From Xylographa opegraphella (lineage: Eukaryota): DNA of 64,000 nt. Positions within the stretch are counted from its first letter, which is position 1. Each line of letters opens with the position of its first letter. Below, in pieces: positions 36,695-50,600 of the stretch. Location of the stretch: contig JALDZX010000059.1 in the NCBI GenBank assembly GCA_022813865.1, positions 1 through 64,000 on the forward strand. The letters run 5' to 3'. Under the pieces are notes generated by a model. It saw only the letters and a list, made by a program, of their open reading frames with translations. It was not told where the DNA came from and did no database searches. A program made the translations under genes and the position numbers.

Positions 36695-37448
36695 TTAAAG
36701 TCCTCATCATTGCACCTGATAAATGATTCTATCATGGAAGAATACAGAAATAATGGCGATGCCCCTATTCTGCCTCCGGGCACGGCTATCACACCACAAT
36801 AGTCTTTAAAGTATCCTAAAAGGTTAGAGCCCGGAAACGCCTGGTCGCGAATTGGTCAACTTACCTGATAGTGTCTTCGCTTTGTGCGAACAGACTGGCG
36901 TCATCATCCACAGACGACGAAGGACGGCACGGGTCAGCCTCCAGTTAATTGCAGTTCTGCCAATGTGATCAAAAACTGATCACCATGTCAAGCTGGACGT
37001 GAGATTTGAAGCCCATGAGAGTGAAGCGATATACGATATCTGAGCTCCATTGACAGGGCTACAATGGTGGCGAGCTCGACATCACCCAGACTTCATTTCA
37101 GGAAGTAGGCGATCCTGGATATTCTCACATTGAGCCGAGGACACATTTCTCTTACCGTTTAGTAAATTCAGAACGAATGATGAATCCGTTTTGGAATCAG
37201 CAATGACCACACCGCATCCTTCACTTGGAATTGAAAGAACACCCTATGGGGAAACGGTCTACAATTCAAGCGTCGGTTGTAGTTCACCGCTGCGGATATC
37301 GTGTTCCTGAACCTGCCGATTGGTTGGCGTATATCCTCAATCAGTCAAATTGTACATCACGTGTCGTTAGGCTATCATGGCTCATTAATTAATTTGAGAT
37401 TGTCTATGTTTCCTGATCACCATATTCTACTTGTGGTCGCAGTGCCGC

Positions 37449-39419
37449 CTAAGCTTTTTGGTCCAGACGCGACATGTTGACTAACGGGAGTTGAAAATCA
37501 ATGCCGCTCAACGTCTCGTCTTTATGGATGTTCTTCAAGTGCCGTTTGAGGTGTTCTCGTCTGCAGAAGCCCTTGTCACACGCCTCGCATTTGTATTGTG
37601 GTTTCTTGTGGGTCAGCTTATGACGGGAGAAGTTTGAAGAGTCCCCGGTTTCGTATGGGCATTGCGCGCATTTGAACACCTTTTCTCCCGTATGTGTCCT
37701 CTCGTGTGTAACTATGTAAGCAGGGTGTAAGTTGAAAGATCTGTACCAGAATTTGAGCACGTTAGGCTTACTCAGGATAGCTCTGAACGCGAAGGACACT
37801 TCACAATACTTGCACTTGAACGGACGTTCCCCTGTATGTCTTCGCATATGACTTTCAAGGTTCGCTTTATCAACGAAGAGTTCTCCGCATTCCGCGCATC
37901 GAGCTCCTCTGTCTATGTTCTTGTTAGCAAGCCCTACAAGAAATCAGAGGTACGAAAGTCACAAACATCCGGAATGCGTGAAAACATGCTGTCTCAATGC
38001 TTGTGTAGATCGTAAAGTTTTCCTTTGCAAATTGTGTTTACAATCCTTCCATTGACAGCTGAATGACCGTGGAGTCTTCGTTAAACTCGTCGCTCGACCT
38101 TGTTTAGCGCTTGACAGTTGTGGCTCTATATGATTGGTCTCGATATGCGCCTGCATGTCGTTGCCATGTCCACAGGAAAAGCCACATATCATCCGAGACG
38201 CCTGATCTGTTATCCACAGGCACGTGTAGCCATTGGACTTGGGTTCGAAGAGTGGTGCAAAGGCTGGAGAAGACGAGATGGATATATCCGTTGAAGGGGA
38301 AGATCTTATATCAGAGTTAGAATGGCTGCTGTAAGGACGGGTTTTGGAGAGACTGTGTTGGTCGGAATTATTGTTGGTCGAAACTGTAATTGAGCGATTC
38401 TTCCAATGACATCCATAGGTGTCAGGCTGGGCATTGCAACTCTGAAAGTGCCAGTCAACGTCAGCTGCGTCAGAATCCACCAAAGATGCGAACTCGTATA
38501 TCGGGCAGTGTATTTCGTTGTTGGTTCCGCAATCAGGCTTGCTTAATTTGGATATTCCTCGAGGAAATTGTTCTACGGAAGCTGACAGACATTCTGATGA
38601 AGAATAGTGATTGGTGCTTCGGTCGTGTACCAGGTGATCCGAATTATCACCGTTGTATGGTGGCGTGACATTACATGATTCTAGGTCGCAGGCCCATTGA
38701 CAGGACCAGAAGTCAGAGCAATCTCCATGATCGAATCCATGATACCCGTATGGATCAACGTTGTACGGGCATCCAACGCCAGTGCACAAGCTTCCAGCAC
38801 AGTTGCCATCACAAAATCGTGCTTCAATTTCTTCCGCTGGACAGATGACTTGACTACTTGACGGACAGTCCTTTTTGGAACAAGCTTGTTGTTGACACAG
38901 AAGAGAAGTTGTGCAAGTATCGATGTATGGCTGTGCTTGATCTTGACGGGAACGCAATGTCGTCAAAGCATGTGCCGCTTGACTTTCAAGAATAGGAGAT
39001 TCCGTAGTGGTGACAGGATAAGTTGATGGCAAAAGTGGCTCCAGAAATGTATTGCTTGAATGATAACCCAGTTGCATCCCAACAGATTGAAGGCGCAGCG
39101 ATCTAGGCATATAACCCCGTCGCCATGGGCTTGCAATACTTGGCTTGACTGACGCGGAGGCTGAAGGTATTCGCTGTGGACGCAGTGTTTGAAGCTGGAA
39201 CGAATACGAGTCCAACATTTGTGGCTGTATGGGCCATGGCGTAAGGCGGTCGTGTATGTCGGAGGATGAGTTGAAACGGGTGTCATTCGACCCTAGAGCT
39301 GCTGACGATGATCGCTGAGCACTCTCGTTGCCCATACGCATCGGCGGTGTTTGAGTAGATGGCGAGAGAAGAGTTTCTACTTGCTGAGCAGCAGCAGCAG
39401 AATTCACATGATTTTCCAT
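37449..39419 (-). CDS. C2H2 zinc-finger transcription factor with a Cys-rich central region, 3 exons
   Basis: Multiple C2H2 fingers with HTGERPF/HTGEKVF linkers; Gli/Zap1-like CxW fingers (CLW..C..H..H, CQWKDC..HVFTH). First in-frame ATG at 39419. Confidence 0.88.
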
Positions 39420-40173
39420 GTTGTATGTTCGTGTTGGAAGCACACTCAGCGAGTCGTAGATAAGTGCATTTCGGAAGCCTCCGCGTCGTATATGGTTGGC
39501 ATATGTTCAGGTCCAGTAAGCGTGTTGACTTCCGCGAATGATTGATCCTCAGGTAACGGCTCTCCTGAGAGCTTGAATCATGCTATCCGATGAGATAAGA
39601 CGAAACCGACCTCGAACATAGACATGCTTTAATGGAGAGACTAAGATAGACTATGCTGTGTGGGTATGCACTGAAACGAGCAGCCGAACGACTCGAGAAG
39701 TTCAAAAGGTGATTGTGGATAGGCTAGAAGTAGAGTTGAAGTGTGATGTGATGACGGCGTCCTCGAGGGTTGTTAAAGTTTGCTGAGCAAGCCCGACAGG
39801 CGTGGCAAGCAAGTCATCCATTGGTGATAGACCGTATACCATGGGACAAGCTTCATCGTAGAGTCTTCCGGTACGTGGGGAAACCCATTGTTCTCAAGAA
39901 TGGAGATGTGAGACCGAGAAATCCGGATTCGTCATTGAAATTCGTGCTGAAAAGAGTACGGTACCCAGCCTTATTTCAGACAGGGGGTCGCCACTCATCC
40001 TACTTACTACGTACTAGCTTTGAATCGCTCGATCTAGAATAGACTAAACGATCTACTAGTACTTGGCAAGGCCTTGGCCGTTCCGCCTAAGGTAACTCCC
40101 GCCGAACGATGGCGAAAGCAGTGGCTATTGTTATCTCCAGGATCAATCTACGCTCCTGGCATTCTCGATCAAC

Positions 40174-40604
40174 ATGGGGAACTGCTTTGGCAAGGAGTCT
40201 TTGAGTTCTGAAAACTTCACCACCCCCGGCCGAGCTGTAGGTGGCGCTGCCGTTCCTGAACCCGCCCCGCGCGCTGCCGTGCCTAAGATCAGTGGTCAAG
40301 GGCGTTCGTTAGGCGGAGGCTACGCTCCAGACACCATTGATGCTCGGGCTGCCGCCGCAAGGGCTGCAGAGGTATGCAATCCGTCCTGGCAATTCCGAAC
40401 GAAGGTATCTTACGGGGATGTTACTGACCCTCATGATCCCGCCAGGACAGAGCAGCGCGAGCGAGCCAACCGAAAGGCAAGCTGGGTCAAGCACTCGCGA
40501 GGGAGAAGCAGCAGACGAGAGTCGGAACCTTGAGCGAAGCAAGCAGAGATGAACGAAGAAGGAAAGACGCCGATGAGGCCGCAGAAGCTAGAAACTACAA
40601 CTGA
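40174..40604 (+). CDS. Small (118 aa) N-acylated SVIP-like protein, candidate Cdc48/p97 adaptor, 2 exons
   Basis: MGNCFG start; intron 40372-40445 (GTATGC..CTGAC..CAG). The spliced product contains RAAAARAAEDR and ends DEAAEARNYN*. Confidence 0.8.
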
Positions 40605-40739
40605 GGGGCTGGCATGGGTCAAGGCACATGGTTTGTACATAGAACTTCAGAATGCCAATCGTGCGTCTCGAGGCCCGTGGTAGGACTGGATGGCTTCTAA
40701 TGTCAAGGACTACAACACATGTGCATCCGCCGAGACATT

Positions 40740-43700
40740 TTATACCACATTGTACCGACCGCTTGCTGGTGCCCTCGCATCGCTATCAGCGGCTGCGATG
40801 GTACCTTCCTTCAGCAACCGCATGAGTTCCCGCATCGCATTCGTAACCACAACCTCAGTATCACCCTCAACCAAGATGTAGAGTTTGGGGTTTTCGCCAG
40901 CTTGGGGCTCCTTTCCGGTGGCATAAAAGCTGCCTTTCGTAGTGATCGAAGTACCCGTAGCTTCCAGTATTTTGGCAACGTTAGTGCGATTGGTGACCGC
41001 CCACCGTGCTTTTTCTTCGAGAGAATTAGTCTGGGGATCATATCTAGCGCGGACTGAAGTGGACTTACGTGGGAAGTCGTTGATCTCAAGTGTTGCATGA
41101 AATGCGCCCGCATCAGGCCCTTTGTTGTCAATAGGCACACCTTGGCGCAGGACACCTGTATTGTTGAGGCGTTCATGAATATTGGCGACCGCACGACTGA
41201 CTTTGTCAAGTGGGTTCTTGGAAGCACCACCGACCGGTGCCTCCGTTTTGTGGACCGTGATCTTTCCATCAAGGTCAATGCCTTTTGGAACGCCAACCAA
41301 AGGAGCAGGCGCTGATGCCGATTGTACTGTTGACGCAGCCTTAGCTACCAAGTCGTCATCCTTATCCTTTTTATTCTCCTCCTTGTCGTCATCCTCACCT
41401 TCCTCACCTGTCTTGTAAGTCTTCCGCTCACGGTTTCGCGCAGCATCACGCTCCTGGTCGAGTCGCTCGAGGCCCTTACCACCAAACCCTGAACCACTAA
41501 CTTTCTCCTTTCCGGACTTGACCTTGTCAATGAACCTATTCACAAGCTTCTGGAGTTCTTCTGGTACATCTTGCCCACTCTGCCTCAACGCCTTTGCAAT
41601 GTCCAGAGAGTATCGCTCCTGATCTTCCGTGATAAAGGTGACCGCTGTGCCGGTATTACCAGCACGCCCTGTTCGTCCGGCACGATGCACGTAATCTTCC
41701 AGATGATTTGGCGCATCATAATTGACCACCAGCTTTAGCTGCTTGACATCTAATCCGCGAGCGGCCACAGACGTAGCAATCATAATTGGCACAACTCCTG
41801 CCTTAAAATCGTCAATCGTGGAGTCTCGATCTATCTGGTCCTTGCCACCATGAATTGACATGCAGGGATATCCTTTACGCATAAGATCTTTCAATAACCC
41901 ATCAGCGGACTCTTGGCGATCGACGAATATTAGAGCTCGATCATCTTCGTTATTGTCATGCTCGTACAGATTCCCAAGGAGTTCAAGCAGTCGAATAAAC
42001 TTCGATTCCTCTGAGCGAACTTCGACAATCTGTGTAATTTCTGGTGCAACCACACTTCGTCCACCAACTACTATCTCAATCGGTTTGGCAAGAGTCTTTC
42101 GTGCTAGCGCCTCCATTTGGCGTGGAAATGTGGCCGAGAACAGAACCGTTTGTCTATCAGGTCGTATGTTTGCAAGAATTTTCATCACTTGAGGTTCAAA
42201 CCCCATATCAAACATACGATCAGCTTCATCTAAGACCACATACGTCACACGGCGTAGATTGGTGACCCTTCCAGAGTTTGCAGCCAGCAAATCGATCATT
42301 CGTCCAGGAGTGCACACTATTATCTCAGCACCACGCTTCAGGTCTGCAATCTGCTCCTTGATCGGTGCCCCACCATACGCACACACCGCATGAAGACTGA
42401 GAGCTTTCAGAAATGGCTTGCATTCTTTGTGAATCTGGGTTGCGAGCTCTCGCGTCGGAGTCATGATCAAACCAATGGGACCGTCCAAAGAGTCTAACGG
42501 ACGCTGATCTTTGATATGTCTGAACATTGGTAGTAGAAACGCGATAGTTTTTCCGGATCCAGTTTTGGCAACCCCAATCACATCCCTCCCAGACATGATA
42601 GAAGGAATTGCTTGACTCTGGATTGCAGATGGCTTCTCGTAACCTAGCCTTTCAATGACTTCCATTGTTTGCACACCTAATCCACACTGTGACCACTTTT
42701 GGACAGGTTTTGGTGCATCGACACCTCGTATTTTGATTCCGTCAAGCTCTAACCTTAGATCGGCGACCTCTTCTTCCGTCATTTCGCTGAGTTCCGAAGG
42801 CTCGTTGTAGAAGCTCTTTGTAATGGGCTCGTAGCTCATCTTAGCATGATTAGTAGCTGGTAAATCCTTCTTCTTCCTTTTGCTCGCCATCGCCAGAATG
42901 TCATCAGGGTCAGCATCCATTGTTTTGAGGTCAATCTCTTCATCACCAAACATTGCCTCCGGTTCTGGAGCTTGTTTCTTCTTGATCTTCAAGCTATTCG
43001 TAGGGTTCAGTGCTGTCATCGGATCCCCAAGTTCTGTCATGAAAGTATCTAATGGATCATCTTCTTCTTCATCTTCCATTTCGACATCTGGTTCGACAAT
43101 AGTACCGTTAGCTGGCTCACTCATGATAATGTTGTCTGCAATTTCAGTACTGTTTGCCGTGCTGTCTACATCATCACCGGCCTGGTAGGCTAAGTTCTGG
43201 GCTTGAAGACGTTCCTCACGCTTCTCCGCGGCGGCTCTGGCAGCAGCAGCAGTTTCTTCTTCCGTGCCTGCATCTTGCATATCTACATCCTCCTCGTCGT
43301 CTTCTTCTTTGTTATAATTAGCAAGCGCATAATTATCGTCCAGCACACCATTGTCTAAGGGTGGGGTGGGTAGCTTCTCCAATTTTTTACGTGACCCTTC
43401 GTCATCCTCAAAGTCAATAGCCCGTTTGGTTGCCTGTTTTTCAGAGTCTGCAAGAGTCTTGGGAATGATGCCAAACCCACTTAGATTGCCACGAGCTTTC
43501 AACGGTGCGACCGGTATAGTGGCTAATAATGTATTCATTAGTAGTTGTTTGGAGGTAGTACAACTCAAAAACTTACAAGAAGTGGGTTTTGCTAAGGCTA
43601 GTGATTTGTTAGCCTTCAAAGCAGTATGCGTAGAATTTGAGGGACCGGACGCTTTGGCTAACTCCGGTAAAGCAATATCTGTTCCCAGTTTTGTGGCTCC

Positions 43701-44607
43701 GGACGAAGTACTAGCAGCTTTTCTAGCAATAGCTTTCGGATCAAACTTCCCGGCATAAGGAGCAGGAGACGCATCCCCTATAGATGTGTCGTCAGGTGTC
43801 AATGGTGAACCGGCGGCAAGTGGTGAGGCTACTGTGGGTGATTGAATCATCGGCAGAATCGCTGCTTTTCTGTCGATCTCATCAAGAATGCTACGAGCTC
43901 CATTTGTATTTTGAAATTCCTTCTGTTTCTCGGCTGCCAGTTTCTGCTTTTGCTTCCAAGCCTCGAGTTTTGCAAGTCTTTCAGCTTTCTTTTCTTCTTC
44001 ACTTTGTCTAGTAGGTCCTGCCATTTTAGTAGCCTACTCCATGTAAGCATTAATCTGCATTTCCATATGATTATACGGCCCAGGAGAGTAACATACGTCG
44101 ATTATTGCTCTACCTTTTCCATCTGACAAAATTCTCTCCCTGCTATCCCTCCGTCTAGCGTTCCTTTGGGAGTCAGTGGATCCATCACGCCGCCTGCGAT
44201 CGTGTTCTCGAGAGGTATCTCGCCTATCACGATAAACTCTCTCCCTACTTCTGGTTCTATAGTCCTTCGGGGTGTCTCTATCTCTTGATCGCCTTCGTAC
44301 ACGTGATTTGTCTCTCCGGCCCGGACGGTAGCTTTCATCCTGGCGCCGATCCGATGAGCGATCGCGATGTCTGTGGGACTCCCGGTCTCGGTAGCGTCTC
44401 TGTAGAAGTCAAAAGTGAGCAACGCCTTAGAAACTAGCTGGCGGGTTCACGTACTTCTGGACTTCGAGAACGACTCCTTTGTCTGTAACTTCTCCCATCA
44501 TCCCGCTTGGTCCTCTCGGAGTGTTCATCAGGTCGTCTGCTCCGTATGGAAGAGGAGTACGAGCTGCCTACTGGCGATGGTGAGCGTTTATCCCCGTGGC
44601 GAGCCAT
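40740..44607 (-). CDS. PRP5: DEAD-box RNA helicase Prp5/DDX46, multi-exon
   Basis: RS/RD-rich N-terminal exons; DPLD motif; [26 protein letters not shown]-terminal LEINDFPQKARW-type KH-like region. Confidence 0.95.
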
Positions 44608-45038
44608 ATGCAAGCTATGTCGGTGAGTGATACTTGTGTGTACGGAGAGTCAGGTTTTGATGGCGAGCTTATAATTTCGAAGCTCTTATGCGCTGTGGTC
44701 AGCAGAGCTTATATGCCCTACGTTCTGGGACATCATTGGAAGTTACACGCTGTGCTAGTTTGCCCAGGTCCTATAAACACATGGAGGTTTGTAATGTATA
44801 GGCCCTCGGTCCCATATCTTTGGGTGACTCTCTAGAGCCTTGCAAGGCTGCTCATTAGCGCCTTCCCAGCCATCCTGAATTTCGGTACCTTGCCGTCTAC
44901 CGTAGTCTACCTAAGCCACGCGATCCAGCCCAGAGCCCATCCATTCTCTTCCCTATTCTCCGCATGAGTCCTTACCAATCTTCCAATTGTGGTATGCCTC
45001 AAGCTTTTGCGAATAGCCATTGATACTCTTCTACCAAC

Positions 45039-46229
45039 ATGGCTGCCTATCGAGCTGGAAGTCAAGTGGTGCGGTCGTGTTACACAACCACTATTCGCGT
45101 CAGCCCTCTCCTATCCAGCCTTCAACGCGTTGTAGTAGTGCAAGGCACATTATACAACTCTCTGAATTTTCCATCCCAATTTAGATCCTATTCGATCAAC
45201 AGCATCGTGGGTGAGCGTACTTTCGCTACACGGCCGGCATCGAGACCGAAAGCGCACACTGGTCGAACGACGACTTCTGCCCGTGTAAGGAAGCCCAAAG
45301 CCAAAACGACAACTGTTGCAGAAACTGCGCACGATGGCACAGCTCAGATCACCAAAACCAAAGTTCAAGGAACAACGGGTAAGGCCAAAATGCAGGCGAA
45401 GCCAAAGTCAAAGTCCAGAGCAAAGGCAAAACCCCCCAAACCAAACCCAACAGTTGGGACGAAGAAGCCCTTGACACAAGAGCGCATAGCTGCGCAAGTT
45501 GCGCAGGAGAAGAGAAAGCATATAAAAGGATTGAAGTTACTGGCATTGAGTCCTCCCAGGGGACCACCTACCACACCATTCCTCATAATAAGCATGGAAT
45601 TGTCCAGAGAAAAACGTACCATTGCTGGCAAAGAGGCTGCTGAGAAGTTCAAGAACTTGATACCCGAAGAGCTCGAGGTAAGCAAGTACAATCCACAGAT
45701 TCATTGAGCAACTGGACTAATCTTGGAAGCATTACAACCATATCGCCCATCTGAACAAAGCGGCCAGTCGTGACGCATATGAAGCTTGGATTCAATCATT
45801 GACCCCCGAGAAAATTCGGAAGGCTAATATCGCGCGCAATGCGCTTACGAGATTGGGAGTTAAAGGGTTTTCTAGGCGTTTGAAGGACGAGAGACAGGTA
45901 AAACGTCCGGTACCTGCCCACGTTTTTTTCCTTAAAGAGCGTTTCAATTCCGGAGATATGCACGGAATGGCTCTTCCGGATGCCGCACGCCTCATCATGA
46001 AAGAATGGAGAGAGCTTGGAGATTCTGATAAGCAGGTAAGCCATTATTGATCTCGTTCTGTAGCCGGGACTTTGATCAGCTGCTAAATATGTGCACCCAT
46101 CAGAAATACTATGAAACCCAAGGCCAATCTCGAGCTAGATATGCTCAGGAGGTGAAGGATATTTACAAGCGAGACATTGATCTGAGCGCTGCTACTCCAG
46201 CAAACCCTGCAACGGCTCCTGCAGCATAA
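45039..46229 (+). CDS. Mitochondrial HMG-box (nucleoid, Abf2/mtHMG-like) protein, 3 exons
   Basis: R/S-rich presequence-like N-terminus; K-rich linker; WIQSLTPEKIRKANIAR; KDERQVKRP..FLKER..KEWRELGDSDKQ|KY. Introns about 45678-45729 and 46036-46103. Confidence 0.8.
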
Positions 46230-47644
46230 CCATATAGAAATTGGTGCACAGATCTAGGGAGATTGAGCTACTGTAAAGATACTCACCCTTGACTATTCCA
46301 TTCATTATTTCATTGCCGGCAGTGACCTTGTTGTGATACATTTCAGGTACTTTTCGTGTTTCACAAATATCAGAATCATATGTAAGACTGCGAATGGCAC
46401 CAATTGTCAGATCACAAATTCAAGTTTTCAATACTGTGTATTTAAAGCGTTCTTGACTAGGGGATTTTTGCGGCAAGGTTAGTCGTTGTATTTGTGGAAC
46501 ACCTTTTCCATCACTTGTAATTGTGAGCACCATGTTCATAATGGTTCATCACCTGGACTTCAAGACTAATTGACGCCCACAACCACCAGTTCACTCTCTA
46601 TGACGATGGCCGCACCGTGCTCTCGAAACCCCCACCCAATCTATACAGCCTCTTTGAGATCCTCCAATCATCGTGATCTGCCACAGCACCAGCACTGCCT
46701 TCAATAGAAGTCTCGTCGCTCGGCAAAGCGTTCTGAACTTATACTCGAGGGCAGACACCAAAACCTTTCTCTGCTGATAGTTCCTGCGTCATTGCCACCT
46801 GGCTATCTTTCTGCACCGGCACGGACAGAGAGGCCACGAGGAGACCATAGAGGATATTACGACACGACCTAGCGATAGCGCACTGGATGAGCACCCTTTA
46901 AGCAACAGCTGTGAGTATGTGATCGATATTGGAAGCGCGACGCAGACACGGTAGTAGTAGGTAATTCGGGGTTCCGGGTGGAACCCGCGTTGGTGTGCTA
47001 TCACGCTCGATATGAGGAACATTATCATGCAAAGTGAGAGCAGGATAATTGATGTAATCAGACGCCAATATTATATCAATTGTTAATATTGATACTCGGC
47101 ATCGGGCGCCGAAACTGAATCCAATCGCCTCTTAGGCAAGCCAGCTATTCACTAGTAATACATGTAAAGTTTTTCAGCCTACAATAGCTGGACTTCCAAG
47201 GACTGGGTTGCCCTATTCTTTCGTCAGATGGGTGGAGCGAGATTAGGATTGACAATATGATTGTAGGTTGACACAAAGGCTGGCTTAGCAGTGTGTTACT
47301 GAATCCACTGCCCGTGCACTTAGAGCAGATAGACAGTTTGGACGGGCGACAACAGGATGTAAGTGCTGCAGGCATTAATACGCATAGAAGCATCAGAGGC
47401 AGTTGGATATCATTTCCCAAGGATACGTAAGATCTGCTTCACTATTTACATTGTAGCTGATGTAGCTACTCTGTTAAAGCACACTTCAAGATAAAGCCAC
47501 CACGGAACCACTTAATCGACCTAAGAGATTCGTTCATCCAAAATTGCATCTTACTCTGACCCCTTCCTCCCAAGCCGTAGAAGGCTGTTCATCTCGAGGC
47601 ATTCCAGCGCCTGCACGGAGACAAATGAGCCAACTTGTCATGCA

Positions 47645-50600
47645 TTACAATCTCAATGCATCCAGTATTTTCTGCGCCATATTCTTGTATTGCCAGGTTC
47701 CTCCAGAGACTTTCTTGAACTGTATCCCGTGTAACGAGAAGAGGGGAACCTTCACGATGAATATTTCGAACTTCAAGACCATATTCTCTCCGAGGTCATT
47801 TTCGACATGAGTTGTGGTTTCTCCTGCTGGTCTATCATTTGGTCGTCGATGTATCTCGTCATCTGAATCTTCGGAGTTGGTAAAGCTTGCATCTGGGCCT
47901 CGGCGTCGTGGAGTTGATCGATGCATTTGTGGCGACTTCTCCAAATCTCGTGTCTCATCTCTTTCGCGGTCCCCTCCACCCATGAAACCACCGAAACTGA
48001 TCCGTCTCCGATGACTGGGACTTGTAAGCCCCAGGCGATCAGGGCTCGATGGACTCTTCTCTGAAACCCTGTTCAAATCAATACTGGGAGCATGGCGGCA
48101 ACTGAAGCCTCCTTTAATCTCCGAGAATGTGACACCTAATTGCTTCAAAACTCTGATGATGTCGGCACGTATGAAAGGGAGGGGTTTGTTGCTAGTGGTT
48201 GACACGCTGAAAAGCCCTTTCAAGTATACCGGCTTCATTTGGTCTGTGCCTTCACCAATATCAGTAAGCTCATCGCCCGTGACAAGTTCCTTGCTCGTCT
48301 CCTCAGGCACGTTCGACGTCCTGGCTTCTCCTCGTCGAGCCCGTCGAGCTTGAATACTTTCACGTCGTGCATGGCCCAAGGATTTCGTTCGTGTATTTGG
48401 TGTGCGAGTGTTAAGGCCAGATTTCGGCTCTGTCGGCGAAGGCTCATTTATTCTAACCTTGGGATTGTTCACCCCAACGCTAAAGCTCGAGCGGTCGGAA
48501 CCACTAGTCATAGGAGGATCAATGATGGGTGCGGTTTCAGAGACACCTCTGTGTGACTGTCTCCTGGAATAGTCAGCGGAGTTGACACTGGTGGATCGAC
48601 CAAGTATCTTGCTGCCTGCTCGAGCGACGACTCCGGCTGATGCTGGCGGCGTTAATAAATCAGGTTGCTGTTGTTGACTTCCTGTTGAATGTATCATAGG
48701 CGATAGTAAAGACTCCTTGTTGCGAGATCTGCGGACGCTGAAGCTCTTACGGGGCGGCGCAGCAGTATCAGTAGGGGTTTGCAGCTGCAAAGATGGAGCC
48801 GGAGGATCAAACCTCTCCTTCGTAGACTCCTTATTCCTGCGAGTGCTGAAGCGACGTAGTATTCCACCTGCCATACTCTCCCTTTTGGTGGTGGTTTGCT
48901 GTGGTGCAGGAGTAGTCAAAATGGCTGGAGATATCGAGCCACTTGCAAGATGTAATTTCTTCACACCGGCTTCGATATCATCTTCGCCTTGAGTCCTTGC
49001 TCTTGGTCGGGAGCGACCACCAGTAATCTTCTCACCCGGCATCTCATATGTAGTGGCATTGGTGTACGCAGGTGGGGGGGGTGGCAGCTCGGGAATCCTG
49101 AGCGGTTTTTCACCAGGAGAAATAGGCATGCTCAGTGCTCCTGGATTTGGCTCCGTTCTTTCTCGTTCCTGCTTTTCGCGCACGAGATAATATATTGATA
49201 TCAAAGGACTGAAGGCGTTTACAGGGTCCGAGCCAAGCTGAACTGCTTCAGCAGACATGTTAGGCAATGTGTCTCTGCTTGTAGTAGAGTTGCGACGTTT
49301 GTAAAAGTCAAAAACACCCCGTTTCTTCTCATTGTTGGCAATGTTGTTTAAACCGTCCCGAGCAGTAGTACGCACGGCACTTTGGTACTCATCGGATTCT
49401 ATCACTCTGATCAGTTCAGTGGTGATATACTCAGATGATCCAAAGTCAAAGCCGGTCATTTTCTGCACAACAGAATCGTCGAGTGGGAGCTGAAGAGGCT
49501 CTCTATGAGGAAGATAGTTCTCAGGCGGAGTATTGAAGCCTTTGGTAATCCATGGATGATTCATTATCTCACTCAGGGTTGCCCGTTGCTTTGGATCCGT
49601 GACTAGCATTCTTGAAATCAGATTTTTGCATTCTGTGATATTATTAGCCACAATTACAACAGAATCTGAAACTGTACGGACCTGCGGAAAGCCAAGCTGG
49701 ATAATCAACGACACCTTTCTTGATTTTAGCATGCAATTGAGGCATACTCTGATCATCAAAGGGTACTTTTCCGCAAACTAGAACATAAAGAACAATTCCA
49801 AAACTCCAAATGTCCACCTCAGGGCCTGTGTACTGTCTGGCTTGTAGCAGTTCGGGAGCCGCGAAATATAGACTCCCACAGAAGGTCTTAAGATGGTTCC
49901 GTGGCGAGAAGAGATTGCTGAGTCCAAAATCAATGATCTTAATGTCTCCGGTCTTGCTAATCAAGATATTTTCAATCTTCAAATCTCTGTGGACGATACT
50001 ATTCCGATGGCAGTAATCTAAGGCACTTGCAATCTGGCGACCAAATTTTCGAGCTTGCTTTTCTTTCAGTCTGCCATGGGAGATGATGTAGTCAAGCATC
50101 TGGCCGCCGTTGACGTATTCGAATAGCATATACCAGTGGTAATTCGTCCGTACAACATCCCTCATGCCGCAGATGTAGGGATGGTTCAGCAAGGTGACAA
50201 TTGCGGCCTCTCTAGCCGTTCTGATCTCCTTAGAGTGGTCCGCGCGCTCACGATCTCGAACGCTATGGTGCTCGTCGGTTGATTGCCGTGGGACAATTTT
50301 GATAGCAACCTTTGTGATCCAAGGTCAGCACTAAAAAGGCCACCGTATTGACCGGGGCTGCCTACCTGCTCTCCTGTCTCTAGATTTTTGGCTATTTTCA
50401 CTTTACCCATGCTTCCTGCCCCAATCGTTTTCCCGAGTGACCATTGTCCTGTTTGTGCTCCAATGGTTGTTCGCCTCTTCACAGGTGCTTGCACTCCTTG
50501 TGCGGGTGCTCCGCTGCTGGACGTCGGTATGGTAGCAGAGGCTCCATTAGTACCAGCATCTGAGGTTCCCGTTATTTCTGAAGTGTAACGGGAATTACTA

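Noticed and set aside
36000..37320. Box C/D snoRNA cluster, TPP riboswitch or telomerase RNA
   Set aside because: The introns have no canonical RTGATGA/CTGA pair with a recognisable rRNA guide. ATGATGA 37177 / CTGA 37307 lacks a convincing guide. There is no TPP core and no CCCTAA template. An Rfam scan would be needed to exclude these fully.
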